This document shows positions 21,115-30,015 of a stretch of DNA of 64,000 nt, piece by piece. Position numbers and translations under genes: made by a program. The notes under the pieces were generated by a model. That model worked only from the letters and a program-made list of their open reading frames with translations, was not told the origin of the DNA and searched no databases. This DNA is from an uncultured Chloroflexia bacterium (GTDB lineage: Bacteria > Chloroflexota > Anaerolineae > CG2-30-64-16). The stretch is taken from assembly GCA_963774265.1 (NCBI GenBank), contig CAVZDU010000002.1, positions 736,001 to 800,000 of the forward strand, given 5' to 3'. Numbering within the stretch: position 1 is the first letter of the stretch; every line of letters starts with the position of its first letter.

Positions 21115-21275
21115 TGCGCCGCGCGATACTTAGCGGAAGCTGCCCCCGGCTCCTGTTGATGGTATGATGTCTTAATTATTACGCGGCGGCAGATCTACGG
21201 ACATAGGACTGTCTCAAGCCCTTCTCTTTTTCGGTCGTCCCGGCAAGCACCGTGGTCACCATAGGAGGTTTTACC

Positions 21276-21926
21276 ATGAGAGGTCAAATCCTGAGACTGC
21301 TCCCCGTCGCGACTATGTGCCTCTTGATCGTTGCCGGCTGTGCGACATCCCCGCAGCTAGCTCCATCCGCTCCGACCTTGTTGTCACCTTCACCGACGCC
21401 GACACCCACCCTCGACCCGCGCATGAAACTCGCCCAGGCGTTCCAAGACGGGTTGAACCGAGGCGACGGTGCAGCGGTCGCCTCGCTCTTTGTGGATGAG
21501 GGGATGGGCTACATGGATTCCGGCTACCTGATCAAGGACAGGGCCGGAGTGGCCGACTATGTCGACGAAGGCGCCCCTCGGCATTGGAGCCTGCAGCTCA
21601 GCGAGTGCGCAGCGCAAGGCGCCCTGTGGCATTGCAGGGCGGTGGAGCGCGAGGATTGTATGAAGGCCGCAACGGGCAAGGAAGAATTGCGGACCGACAT
21701 GACGCTCATACCGAAGGATGGCCAAATTCAGTACATCGAGTTCAAGCCCTCGGCGGAGGACAGCGAGGCGACCGGGAAGGCAAGCGAGAAGTTCTGGACC
21801 TGGGTCCAGGCCGAGCGGGCCGCTGAGTGGCCAAAGATCGCCACGCCCGAGACCGCGCTGAAGGGGCGCGAGCGCGGCGAGCTGCTCTCAACGCTCTGCA
21901 AGGAGTACATGGAGACCCACAAGTAG
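21276..21926 (+). CDS. Lipoprotein with a probable SnoaL/NTF2-like domain
   Basis: Lipobox IVAGC; PT-rich linker; AFQDGLNRGDGAAVASLFVDE; GGAGG RBS. Confidence 0.7.
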   Translation: MRGQILRLLPVATMCLLIVAGCATSPQLAPSAPTLLSPSPTPTPTLDPRMKLAQAFQDGLNRGDGAAVASLFVDEGMGYMDSGYLIKDRAGVADYVDEGAPRHWSLQLSECAAQGALWHCRAVEREDCMKAATGKEELRTDMTLIPKDGQIQYIEFKPSAEDSEATGKASEKFWTWVQAERAAEWPKIATPETALKGRERGELLSTLCKEYMETHK

Positions 21927-22057
21927 CGTTTGAGGCAGGGGGAGGCCGGCGCCGCGCACGACCAAGCCGTATGATCGCACCAGCGACGCCATCAGGGCTG
22001 AGGCTAGGCCTCAGCTTGGCGGAATGGATTCCGCATAATAACGAGATGTCTTAGCAA

Positions 22058-22837
22058 ATGGAGGATGACATCATTACCAGGCGAGGTTCTCTAAAGGAAT
22101 CAAGTTCGGCTAAGCCCCGCACCTTCATCCTGGTGCATGGTGCGTGGCACGGGGGCTGGTGCTGGCGCCGTGTAACCGATATTCTCACGACTCGCGGGCA
22201 CAGGGTATTCGCGCCCAGCCTCACCGGATTGGGGGATCGTGCGCATCTCTTCTCCAAGGACATATCTCTGCAGACTCATGTGGAAGACATCCTTTCCGTG
22301 ATTGAAACTGAGGAGTTGAGCGACTTCGTTCTCGTTGGACATAGCTATGGAGGCTTTGTGATCTCCGGCGTCGCAGACACACTCCGGAAGCGCGTTTCTC
22401 GCTATGTTTACTTGGATGGTAGTGTTCCACCCGATATGTCGCCAGGCGCATCCTTCAGTTGGGCTGGCTTTAATCCCCCCGACGCATGTGAAGCACGATT
22501 GAAGTCGGTACGAGAAGAGGGTAAAGGTGTGGCGCTCCCGGCACCTCCGCCCAGTGCCTTCGCTGTGACCAAGCCCTCGGACGCCGCTTGGCTGCAGCGG
22601 CGCTTGCGGCCTATGCCAGTCGGCACCTATATCGGAACCTTTACGTTCAAGAACTCTGGGAGCAATGGATTGAAGCGCACTTACATTGCTTCGATCAAAC
22701 CGCTTTATGCTTTGCTCGTCCCTACCCATAACCGGATAAGGGCGGACAATACCTGGTCGTTCACGACCATAGAGGCAGGTCACGACTCAATGGTGACAGC
22801 CCCCGACGAGCTGGCTTCCCTGTTAATGGTGGTCTGA
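22058..22837 (+). CDS. Alpha/beta hydrolase (esterase); probable gene cassette
   Basis: FILVHGAWHGGWCW; VGHSYGG; AGHDSM; followed by an attC. Confidence 0.9.
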   Translation: MEDDIITRRGSLKESSSAKPRTFILVHGAWHGGWCWRRVTDILTTRGHRVFAPSLTGLGDRAHLFSKDISLQTHVEDILSVIETEELSDFVLVGHSYGGFVISGVADTLRKRVSRYVYLDGSVPPDMSPGASFSWAGFNPPDACEARLKSVREEGKGVALPAPPPSAFAVTKPSDAAWLQRRLRPMPVGTYIGTFTFKNSGSNGLKRTYIASIKPLYALLVPTHNRIRADNTWSFTTIEAGHDSMVTAPDELASLLMVV

Positions 22838-22872
22838 AACGCATGCGGTTAAGTCCGCCATGGGCCGGCATC

Positions 22873-23996
22873 TAAGTAGGTAACAGAAAATTCGGGGCAC
22901 TTCTTCGTTGCCTGATATACTGGGGTTACGGAGGGTGCCATGATCTATGTACGAACACCAACGGATGCTGAACTGCAAGAGCTCAAGCGAATGACCCGCC
23001 ATGAGATCGGGCGGGTTAGCCAACGAGCGCAGATGGTTCTGCTCTCAGCGCAGCAGCGCACGGTGCCTGAGATCGCCGTCATCTTTGGCGTCAAGTACAA
23101 GACCGTGCGCAAATGGCTCCGCCGCTTCAATGCGGCCGGGCCGGCCGGACTGTATGATGAGCCGCGCAGTGGGCGGCCGCGGACGCTGACCGACCGTGTC
23201 CGTGACACTTTGGTCGACATGAGCGAGCAGGATCCCGAGCAGTCGGACTATCCCGCGACCTTGTGGACGGTTGCGATGCTGGCCTTAGCCTTGGCCGAGA
23301 AGATCGGCGTGTATCTGAGCCATAGCACCCTGCGTCAGACGCTGCATGCGGCCGGCCTGGCCTGGAGCCGCCCACGACTCGCCATGCCCCGCAAGACTGA
23401 TCCGCAGAAGGCGGCCAAGCAGTGGGCAATAGTGCAGGCCGTGATTGGGGCTGGCCCAGCTGCAGTCGTGCTGTACGCCGACGAATCGCGCATCCAGATG
23501 CTACCGTTGATTCGAGCAATGTGGCATCGGCTGGGCCAGCAGATCCGTGTCCCGACGCCCGGCAGCAATCAGACGCGCAGCCTATTTGGAGCGCTCAACA
23601 TTCGCACGGGCCAGTGGACGTGGTTGATCCGCGAGCATATGCACAAAGAAGACTTCATCACTTTCCTGGAACACCTGTTGACGGTGTATGCCAGCGGTCC
23701 GATCATTCTGATCGTCGATAACTACTCCAGCCATACGGCTAAGGCCATCGATGCCTGGCTGACTGAGCACCCGCGACTCCAGTTGCACTACCTGCCGAAG
23801 TACTGCTCGCATCTGAATCCGGTTGAGAACATCTGGCTGCGTCTCAAAGGCCAGACCGCCGCTGACCGCTTGTACGGTTCGCTGCATGGTCTGCTGGACG
23901 CCGTCACACGCTTCTTCGACCATATGACGCCAGCGATGGCGTTGACCTGGGCCAGTCTCGACTGAAAAGTGACCCGTACTTTTTGTGACATACTTA
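22873..23996 (+). mobile_element. IS630-family element, copy 1
   Basis: Imperfect IRs TAAGTAGGTAACAGAAAA / TTTTTGTGACATACTTA; duplicated TA inside a CTAG target; 1124 bp, same length as copy 2. Confidence 0.95.
22940..23965 (+). CDS. IS630 transposase
   Basis: HTH; YADES; IVDNYSSH; LPKYCSHLNPVENIW (DDE). Confidence 0.95.
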   Translation: MIYVRTPTDAELQELKRMTRHEIGRVSQRAQMVLLSAQQRTVPEIAVIFGVKYKTVRKWLRRFNAAGPAGLYDEPRSGRPRTLTDRVRDTLVDMSEQDPEQSDYPATLWTVAMLALALAEKIGVYLSHSTLRQTLHAAGLAWSRPRLAMPRKTDPQKAAKQWAIVQAVIGAGPAAVVLYADESRIQMLPLIRAMWHRLGQQIRVPTPGSNQTRSLFGALNIRTGQWTWLIREHMHKEDFITFLEHLLTVYASGPIILIVDNYSSHTAKAIDAWLTEHPRLQLHYLPKYCSHLNPVENIWLRLKGQTAADRLYGSLHGLLDAVTRFFDHMTPAMALTWASLD

Positions 23997-24087
23997 GCCA
24001 CCGCATGGAGCCGACGCAACCGCTTTGCGGCAAGCGTCGACTCTGAAGCCAGTCATGCGGTTGCGCGGCTCATGCGGCACGTTGGGT
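23997..24087 (+). other. Integron attC site with its R'' end interrupted by IS630
   Basis: CCGCATG(G)AGCCG(A)CGCAACCGC pairs with GCGGTTGCGCGGCTCATGCGG, leaving two extrahelical bases; followed by R' GTTGGGT. Confidence 0.85.
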
Positions 24088-24141
24088 AATCAAGTGACTC
24101 GCACCTGCGCCCTCACAGAAGTGTTGCGGAGGCTACCGGCA

Positions 24142-24223
24142 GTCCGCTCTGCGCTTTGCGCTTAGTTCAATACCTGGTTGGGAGAAGCCGAACGACGGCG
24201 GCGCGTTGCCTGTCCGCTAAGGG
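24142..24223 (+). repeat. ~80-bp dispersed repeat, copy 2
   Basis: Aligns with 21032-21114. Confidence 0.8.
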
Positions 24224-24229
24224 CCAGTT

Positions 24230-24320
24230 GCCTTGATCGGGGTGATGGTCTACTCATTCGCGCGGGTGGGAGCGGTGGTCGGCATGAGTGTGGAGGACTA
24301 CTTTCAGGAAGGCAAGCGGC
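24230..24320 (+). pseudogene. Tyrosine recombinase fragment (box I region)
   Basis: ALIGVMVYSFARVGAVVGMSVEDYFQEGKR resembles the catalytic-Arg box of a phage-integrase family. Confidence 0.7.
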
Positions 24321-24683
24321 ATCAATTTTCACTTGACGTACCTGTCATGCGGCGCGACAATGATTCTGCTACGTCCATTGTGGCAGGCGGTCGGCACGGC
24401 AGCGACTGTTTGAATCGCCATATAGATGACACTCTCTTCTTCCCGGCTTAGTTCAACTTGAGATCATGTAGCGGCTTCCGCCTCGACCGACCAGTTCTCG
24501 TCAATACCCGTGCGTCGGCTGGGCAGCGTGTCGCGTTAACTACGGCGCGCCACATGAATCCTTAATCCGTTAATCCGTTAGGCCGCACGCGTTTTCTGAA
24601 TCTTTGGCTGAGCAAATCGTCTTGTCGTGCAGCTCACGTGGCGGCCATCGCGCTCCATTTCCTTGCAAGAAAGGAGAATTGAA

Positions 24684-25529
24684 ATGAACATCTCGTCTTT
24701 CATCAAACGTCACCCGGTCTTGACCTACTTCGCCCTCACGTTCGCTCTCTCGTGGGGCAGCTGGCTCCTGCTCACCGGCGGCGCTCCGATGCGGTCCGAT
24801 CCGCGGTTCATGTTCATAGTCCTGGCGGCGCCCGTCGCCCCCGCTATCGCCGGCCTCCTGATGACCGGTCTCACAGCTGGAAGGGCCGGCTATCGCGAGT
24901 TGCTCGCCCGGCTGTTCCGGTGGCGCGTACAAGCGCGCTGGTACGGAGTGGCACTCTTGCCGGCTCCGCTCGTGGCGATAATGACAGGCGTACTCCTTTC
25001 ACTGTCGCTGCGTTCCCCTGAGTTCCTCCCTGTCATCTTCACAACGGCCGACCCAGTTGGACTGCTTCTGCCCGGTGTTATCGGGGGACTCCTGGTCGGT
25101 TTGTGCGAGGAACTAGGGTGGACAGGGTTCGCCATCCCCCGCCTGCGACTGCGGTACAGCGTCCTGGCCACCGGGCTGCTCGTGGGCGTTGTGTGGGGCG
25201 CGTGGCACGCCCCGTTGTTCGCGAGAAGCGACAGCTTCGCAGGAGCGCTTCCTCTGGCCCTCTTGCTCCTTCAGCTCTTCTCCTGGTTGCCGGCCTACCG
25301 GGTGCTGATGGTGTGGGCGTACGACCGCACGGGGAGCCTGCTCGTCGCGATGCTCATGCACGTCAGTCTAGCGGCCACCTCGATCATCCTTCCCCCGCCG
25401 GAGATGTCCGATATGCAGTCTTTGACCAGCATTCTCGTGTCGGCGGCCACCTGGTGGCTCCTCGTTGCAGCGGTCGCCGTGGCCAACCGGCGGCAGACTA
25501 AAGGGGTTGCAGTGGGTCAAACTCGCTAG
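24684..25529 (+). CDS. CPBP (CAAX/Abi) intramembrane metalloprotease; gene cassette
   Basis: EELGWTG; WGAWH; AMLMH; multiple TM segments. Bounded by GTTAGGCCGC (24577) and its reverse complement GCGGCCTAAC (25534). Confidence 0.9.
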   Translation: MNISSFIKRHPVLTYFALTFALSWGSWLLLTGGAPMRSDPRFMFIVLAAPVAPAIAGLLMTGLTAGRAGYRELLARLFRWRVQARWYGVALLPAPLVAIMTGVLLSLSLRSPEFLPVIFTTADPVGLLLPGVIGGLLVGLCEELGWTGFAIPRLRLRYSVLATGLLVGVVWGAWHAPLFARSDSFAGALPLALLLLQLFSWLPAYRVLMVWAYDRTGSLLVAMLMHVSLAATSIILPPPEMSDMQSLTSILVSAATWWLLVAAVAVANRRQTKGVAVGQTR

Positions 25530-25536
25530 AATTGCG

Positions 25537-25647
25537 GCCTAACATGGCGTGCAGTTGATCTGCTGATTTTTCCTCGGCCCGAAATTGGGTCACACTTCCT
25601 TCTGTCGGTATCTCATTCCCTTCACGACAAGCTCGAGGCCGTTGGGC
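25537..25647 (+). other. Degenerate attC site
   Basis: R'' GCCTAAC just after the stop; R' GTTGGGC at 25641; inner arms pair poorly. Confidence 0.65.
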
Positions 25648-25693
25648 GGCCCCTGACACGATCTCCCAGTGAGCATTCTGGAAAGGACGATAA

Positions 25694-26704
25694 ATGACGA
25701 TTCGCCCACCCACACTCGATCCCATAGCAAGGCTTTACAATATCTCGCTTTCTCAATTGCAGCCGGTGGCGGGAGGTCATTTTACACATGTCTACGAGTA
25801 TACTGATAACAATCGGGCTTGCATCTTAAGAATCACGCCACCTAACACGCATGTCGATCTACTTTCTATGCGAGCCACGTTAGAGTGGCTGGCTTTTTTG
25901 TCAGCTCATGCGGGGCCCGTTCCTCGCCCGATACATTCTCGGAATGGCAACTTGATCGAGGTGGTGAAGTTTGAAGATCAAGCCTACATCGCCGGCGCCT
26001 TTGAAAAAGCGCCTGGGGTATTGGCGGAAGGCATGTCGCCTGCCGATTGGCACGATGAACTCTTTCAAGCGTTGGGACGCACGGTGGGTCATTGTCATCG
26101 AGTGGCCCAACTCTATGTTCCGGCACATGCGGACTTCAGACGCCCGGAATGGGATTGCACCGACAGCCTCTTCAATCCCGAAGAAGAGCTGCTGAGGGCT
26201 GATGGCCTCCTTTTGGAGAGACGCGCCCAAGTGTTATCAGTCATCCAATCGCTGCCGAAAAATCGCGACAGTTACGGGTTAGCGCACCTGGACTTGCACT
26301 TTGGGAACTTTTTTGTTGATATGGCCCAGCAACGGATCCTGCTTTTTGACTTTGATAATTGTGCATATGGCTGGTATATCATGGACCTCGCCATGCTGTT
26401 GTTTGATGTGCTGGTAGTCTACGCCGGTTTAGATCGGTTGCAGTTTGGCGAGCGATTCTTGGAGAATGTGCTACGTGGTTATCACACACAGGTGCCGCTT
26501 AGCCGATTTTGGGTCAGCCAGTTGCCGCACTTTCTGAAGCTGCTGGAAATCGGTGTATACCTGACGCTATATCAGACTTATGATCCGGTAACGGCAGACG
26601 AGTGGGTGAGTAAGTTCATGCCGGAGCGGCGTTATCGGATTGAGCATAAGATACCGTATGTGGATTTGGACTTTGAAGCCCTGTATAGCAGGGCCACGTC
26701 ATAA
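25694..26704 (+). CDS. APH/homoserine-kinase-like phosphotransferase; gene cassette
   Basis: HLDLHFGNF and FDFDN motifs; lower GC. Starts after GTTGGGCGGCC and is followed by the near-complement GGCCGCCCAGA (26710). Confidence 0.85.
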   Translation: MTIRPPTLDPIARLYNISLSQLQPVAGGHFTHVYEYTDNNRACILRITPPNTHVDLLSMRATLEWLAFLSAHAGPVPRPIHSRNGNLIEVVKFEDQAYIAGAFEKAPGVLAEGMSPADWHDELFQALGRTVGHCHRVAQLYVPAHADFRRPEWDCTDSLFNPEEELLRADGLLLERRAQVLSVIQSLPKNRDSYGLAHLDLHFGNFFVDMAQQRILLFDFDNCAYGWYIMDLAMLLFDVLVVYAGLDRLQFGERFLENVLRGYHTQVPLSRFWVSQLPHFLKLLEIGVYLTLYQTYDPVTADEWVSKFMPERRYRIEHKIPYVDLDFEALYSRATS

Positions 26705-26820
26705 ATTAAGGCCGCCCAGAGTAGAATTGGGCTAAGAATGGAACCGACTCTGCCGCCTTCAGAAGATTATGAGCATGGCTGCTTCTCAAGCGCTGCGACA
26801 GGCGACCAGGATACGACTTG

Positions 26821-27282
26821 ATGGCCTCTGAAGATATCTACAACTACATCAAGGTCAGTGACGAGATCGTTACCGCTGGACAACCAACTGCGGAGCAACT
26901 CAAATCGTTGGCGGCGGAAGGCTTTTCGGCAGTCGTCAACCTTGCCACCGTCGATCCTGCTCGCTCGCCGGCGAATGAAGCCGATCTGATACGCTCGCTG
27001 GGTATAACCTACTACCATATCCCCGTGGATTGGGAAAACCCGAAAGACACGGACTTTGCGACATTTGAGCAAACCATGTTGCAAATTCCGGGGGGCAGAA
27101 CTCTGATACATTGCACCGCCAACTTCCGGGCGACTGCCTTTTACTCGCTGTACGCCCAGAAGCATCTCGGATGGTCGGCATCCCAAGCCGACGAGTTTCG
27201 CGCGGCCATCTGGAAAGGCAGTGATTACCCTATTTGGCGTGAGTTTATCGCTCGCATGCAGGCTCGGATTGTGACCCGGTAA
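26821..27282 (+). CDS. Cys-based phosphatase/sulfurtransferase-like protein (DUF442-like)
   Basis: TAGQPT; YYHIPV; LIHCTANFRA. Followed by an attC-like left arm GTCCAACCCGCGGTTGCAGGCGAC (27313-27336). Confidence 0.8.
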   Translation: MASEDIYNYIKVSDEIVTAGQPTAEQLKSLAAEGFSAVVNLATVDPARSPANEADLIRSLGITYYHIPVDWENPKDTDFATFEQTMLQIPGGRTLIHCTANFRATAFYSLYAQKHLGWSASQADEFRAAIWKGSDYPIWREFIARMQARIVTR

Positions 27283-27428
27283 CTTGGATGCGCCACGCAA
27301 TTGGTTGGGGCCGTCCAACCCGCGGTTGCAGGCGACTCACACCAGCGCTCTTGCAGCACCGTTATTCAAGCTTCTGGCAGCCCTGCGCTTTGCGCTTAGT
27401 TCAGCTCGTGAAGGAGTAGCTTACCTTA

Positions 27429-27960
27429 TCAGTTCGTCTTCTGCACCGCGGGCGGCAGCCACGGCTTCTCCGCATCGAACAACGCGTCCCCAGGCCAGTA
27501 CATCCTCAGATCCACCATGAAGTTGTCCTCCGGCGCCGGGAGCCAGTTGCACTCCGTCTCGTCTGTTGGACGCTCGACTTGGAGGTACAACGTCAGCGAA
27601 CCATCCGGGTTGAGGCATGGGATGCGGCCCTGGCTTCCCGGCAGACCCAGGGCATACCGGTTGCTCGAGTTGTCCACGAGCCCGTAGCCGGGTATCTGGT
27701 ACATGGTCACCGACCAGAAGCCGTTGATGTTCACAGGCGGCAACTGGCCCGTGGGGAATGTGATCTGGTAGCGGTTGTTGTTGGCGCCGGTCAAGGGCTG
27801 GCCCGTCGCATCCTCGCTAGCCGTCGCATACACGGCGTCCTTGTAATAGTTTGCACCTAGCCCGAGGTAGCGGTCGCGTAGAGCGTATCGACGTTGGGCT
27901 GCACCACATACTTGAAGCTGGCGTCCGGCAGTTTCGTCGCCATTGCGAACCGGTTGATTG
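27429..27960 (-). pseudogene. DUF1254/DUF1214 protein with a large internal deletion
   Basis: INRFAMATKLPDASFKYVVQPNVDTLY (DUF1254-like) joins directly, out of frame, to GLGANYYKDAVY...GFWSVTMY...NWLPAP...LRMYWP (DUF1214-like). Confidence 0.75.
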
Positions 27961-28253
27961 GAGCGCGGAGAGCCACGCTTATGGCGTCTGAGACGTTGGT
28001 AGCCGCTCGCAATGACGCTCATCATATGTTGGGTAGCAGAATTCATCGCAAGCGGGACACGGCATGATGCCCCGCGATCCGGTGCGGGTTGATGGGCTGG
28101 TCAACGCCGGCAGAAAAGTGGGAGAGGATATTGGGTTGATCTACAATAATTCGTTAGCCCGCCTCGCGCTCCGACCACGCATCTACCGACTTGCTCGTCC
28201 GCATCACTCACCCTATACTGGGGTCAATCGCTGGCTTACGTCAAGGAGGAACC

Positions 28254-29084
28254 ATGCCGCTGACGGATCAGATCATCCTCATTACCGGCGGTGGCCGCGG
28301 GCTCGGGCACGCCTTTGCGGACGCACTTGCGGCTGCAGGTGCCCATGTCGTCGTGACGGCCCGATCCGTTCCTGAACTCCAGCGCACGGTGGATGCTATC
28401 ACGCAGCGTGGTGGACGGGCCACGGCCATGCCCGCCGACGTCACCGATCCGGCGGCGATCCAGCGGGTGGTCATGACCATTGAAGCCCATGTCGGGCCGA
28501 TTGATCTGCTGATCAACAGTGCCGGGACCTTTCGCGCCTTTGGAGCGATAGCGACCGTTGACCCCGACGACTGGTGGCGTGAGGTCGAGATCAATGTGCG
28601 CGGCCCCTTCTTGTGTACGCATGCCGTCCTGCCGGCCATGATCCAACGCGGCCGTGGGCGCATTATCAACCTCGCGAGCGGGGCGGGACTCCAACCGTTT
28701 GAAACCATCTCAGCCTACAGTCTGAGCAAGACAGCGGTGATTCGCCTCACGGAGAGCACCGCCCTCGAAACCCAGCCCTATGGCATTGCTGTGTTTGCGA
28801 TCGATCCGGGGACGGTGCGGACCCCGATGACCGCCCATGTCGTCGAGTCGCCCGCGGTGGCGCAGCAGGCACCGCTCGTCCGCCAGTGGTTTGATCAGTT
28901 GTATGCGACCAATGGGGATACGCCGATCACCCAGGCGGTGGAGCTGGTGCTGGCGTTAGCCACCGGACAGGCCGATGCGTTGACAGGCTGTTATCTCAGC
29001 GTTGAGGACAATCTGGCAGCATTGATCCAGCAGGCTGGTCAGATTCAGCAGACGAGCCGGCGGAAACTGCGGGTCACCCTCTGA
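28254..29084 (+). CDS. Short-chain dehydrogenase/reductase
   Basis: TGGGRGLG; INSAG; YSLSK; GGAGG RBS. Confidence 0.95.
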   Translation: MPLTDQIILITGGGRGLGHAFADALAAAGAHVVVTARSVPELQRTVDAITQRGGRATAMPADVTDPAAIQRVVMTIEAHVGPIDLLINSAGTFRAFGAIATVDPDDWWREVEINVRGPFLCTHAVLPAMIQRGRGRIINLASGAGLQPFETISAYSLSKTAVIRLTESTALETQPYGIAVFAIDPGTVRTPMTAHVVESPAVAQQAPLVRQWFDQLYATNGDTPITQAVELVLALATGQADALTGCYLSVEDNLAALIQQAGQIQQTSRRKLRVTL

Positions 29085-29128
29085 ACCCAGCCGGGGCGCG
29101 GTGGGTCAAGCGGGGGCGAGCCGGCGTC

Positions 29129-29176
29129 TTTGGTCGCAGGAAACGGCTTTGCGGTCATAGTGGCTTGTGGTAACAT
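29129..29176 (+). repeat. Conserved ~48-bp motif, copy A (B at 35560, C at 35938); candidate promoter/operator of the TIR operon
   Basis: 22/30 identity to the B and C cores; TTTGCG, 17 bp, TAACAT. Confidence 0.55.
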
Positions 29177-29268
29177 TTATCCCAGCCAGCCTAAAGCCCC
29201 AGCTATCTGACCACCACCGAGGTCTGATCAGATCGCGGTTTCTCTCGACTTTCCGCCAGGATCGGGTC

Positions 29269-30000
29269 ATGAGTGCCGAAAACACCCAGTTCGACATCTT
29301 CCTCTCCCACAACGGTGCGGACAAGCCCGCCGTTGAGGCGCTCGCGCAACGACTGCTGGCGGCCGGGTTCAAGCCCTGGCTGGACTCCTGGAACCTGATC
29401 CCCGGCGACCCCTGGCAGGAAGGACTTGAGGAGGCGCTGGACACCTGCGGCACTTGCGCCGTGTTCCTGGGCCCCTCCGGCGTCGGCCCCTGGCACAACG
29501 AGGAAATGCGCGTCGCGCTGGACCGCCGCGCCCACGACCCCACCCGCAGCTTCCGGGTGATCCCCGTCCTGCTCCCGGGCGCCAACCCTGCTGACTCGGC
29601 TACACTCCCGCGTTTCCTGAGCCGAATGACCTGGGTGGATTTCCGCGGCGGGCTGGATGATGCCGAAGCGTTTCGCCGCCTGGTGGCAGGCATACGCGGC
29701 GTCGCACCCGGCCCCGGCGCATCCACCGGCGCCAGGGCAACGCCGCCAGCATCAGCCAGCGCGCCCACCTCGCAAGCCCTGACCTCCACCCCGCGCTGGC
29801 TGCTGGAAGCAGAGCTGACCCGTCTTCGGGCCCAATACGACACCTGGAGCCGGCGCATTGCGGCCCTCGACGCCGACATCGGCCGGGCGTTGGGCAACCT
29901 GGAGAAGCAAGTGTTGGAAGAACGCCGGGCCGAAGTGGCTGCCGAGCGCCAGAAGGTCGCCGACCAGATGCAGGAGATCGAGGCTAAACTGAACACCTGA
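29269..30000 (+). CDS. TIR domain + C-terminal coiled-coil (EAD-like) adaptor protein
   Basis: FDIFLSHN...WHNEE...VIPVLLPG...TWVDFR (TIR); C-terminus LRAQYDTWSRRIAALDADIGRAL...LEERRAEVAAERQKV. Confidence 0.85.
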   Translation: MSAENTQFDIFLSHNGADKPAVEALAQRLLAAGFKPWLDSWNLIPGDPWQEGLEEALDTCGTCAVFLGPSGVGPWHNEEMRVALDRRAHDPTRSFRVIPVLLPGANPADSATLPRFLSRMTWVDFRGGLDDAEAFRRLVAGIRGVAPGPGASTGARATPPASASAPTSQALTSTPRWLLEAELTRLRAQYDTWSRRIAALDADIGRALGNLEKQVLEERRAEVAAERQKVADQMQEIEAKLNT

Positions 30001-30015
30001 TAGTGACGAGCTGCC

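Noticed and set aside
22019-22050. Possible attI (GCGGAAT/ATTCCGC palindrome); a similar idea for 28135-28160
   Set aside because: attI has no reliable consensus and there is no adjacent intI, so it cannot be supported.
24230-24451. Integron integrase intI
   Set aside because: Only ~30 codons of a different tyrosine-recombinase family; no IntI-specific motifs.
25694-26704. Aminoglycoside resistance gene
   Set aside because: Only generic APH-fold motifs; the substrate cannot be assigned from the sequence.
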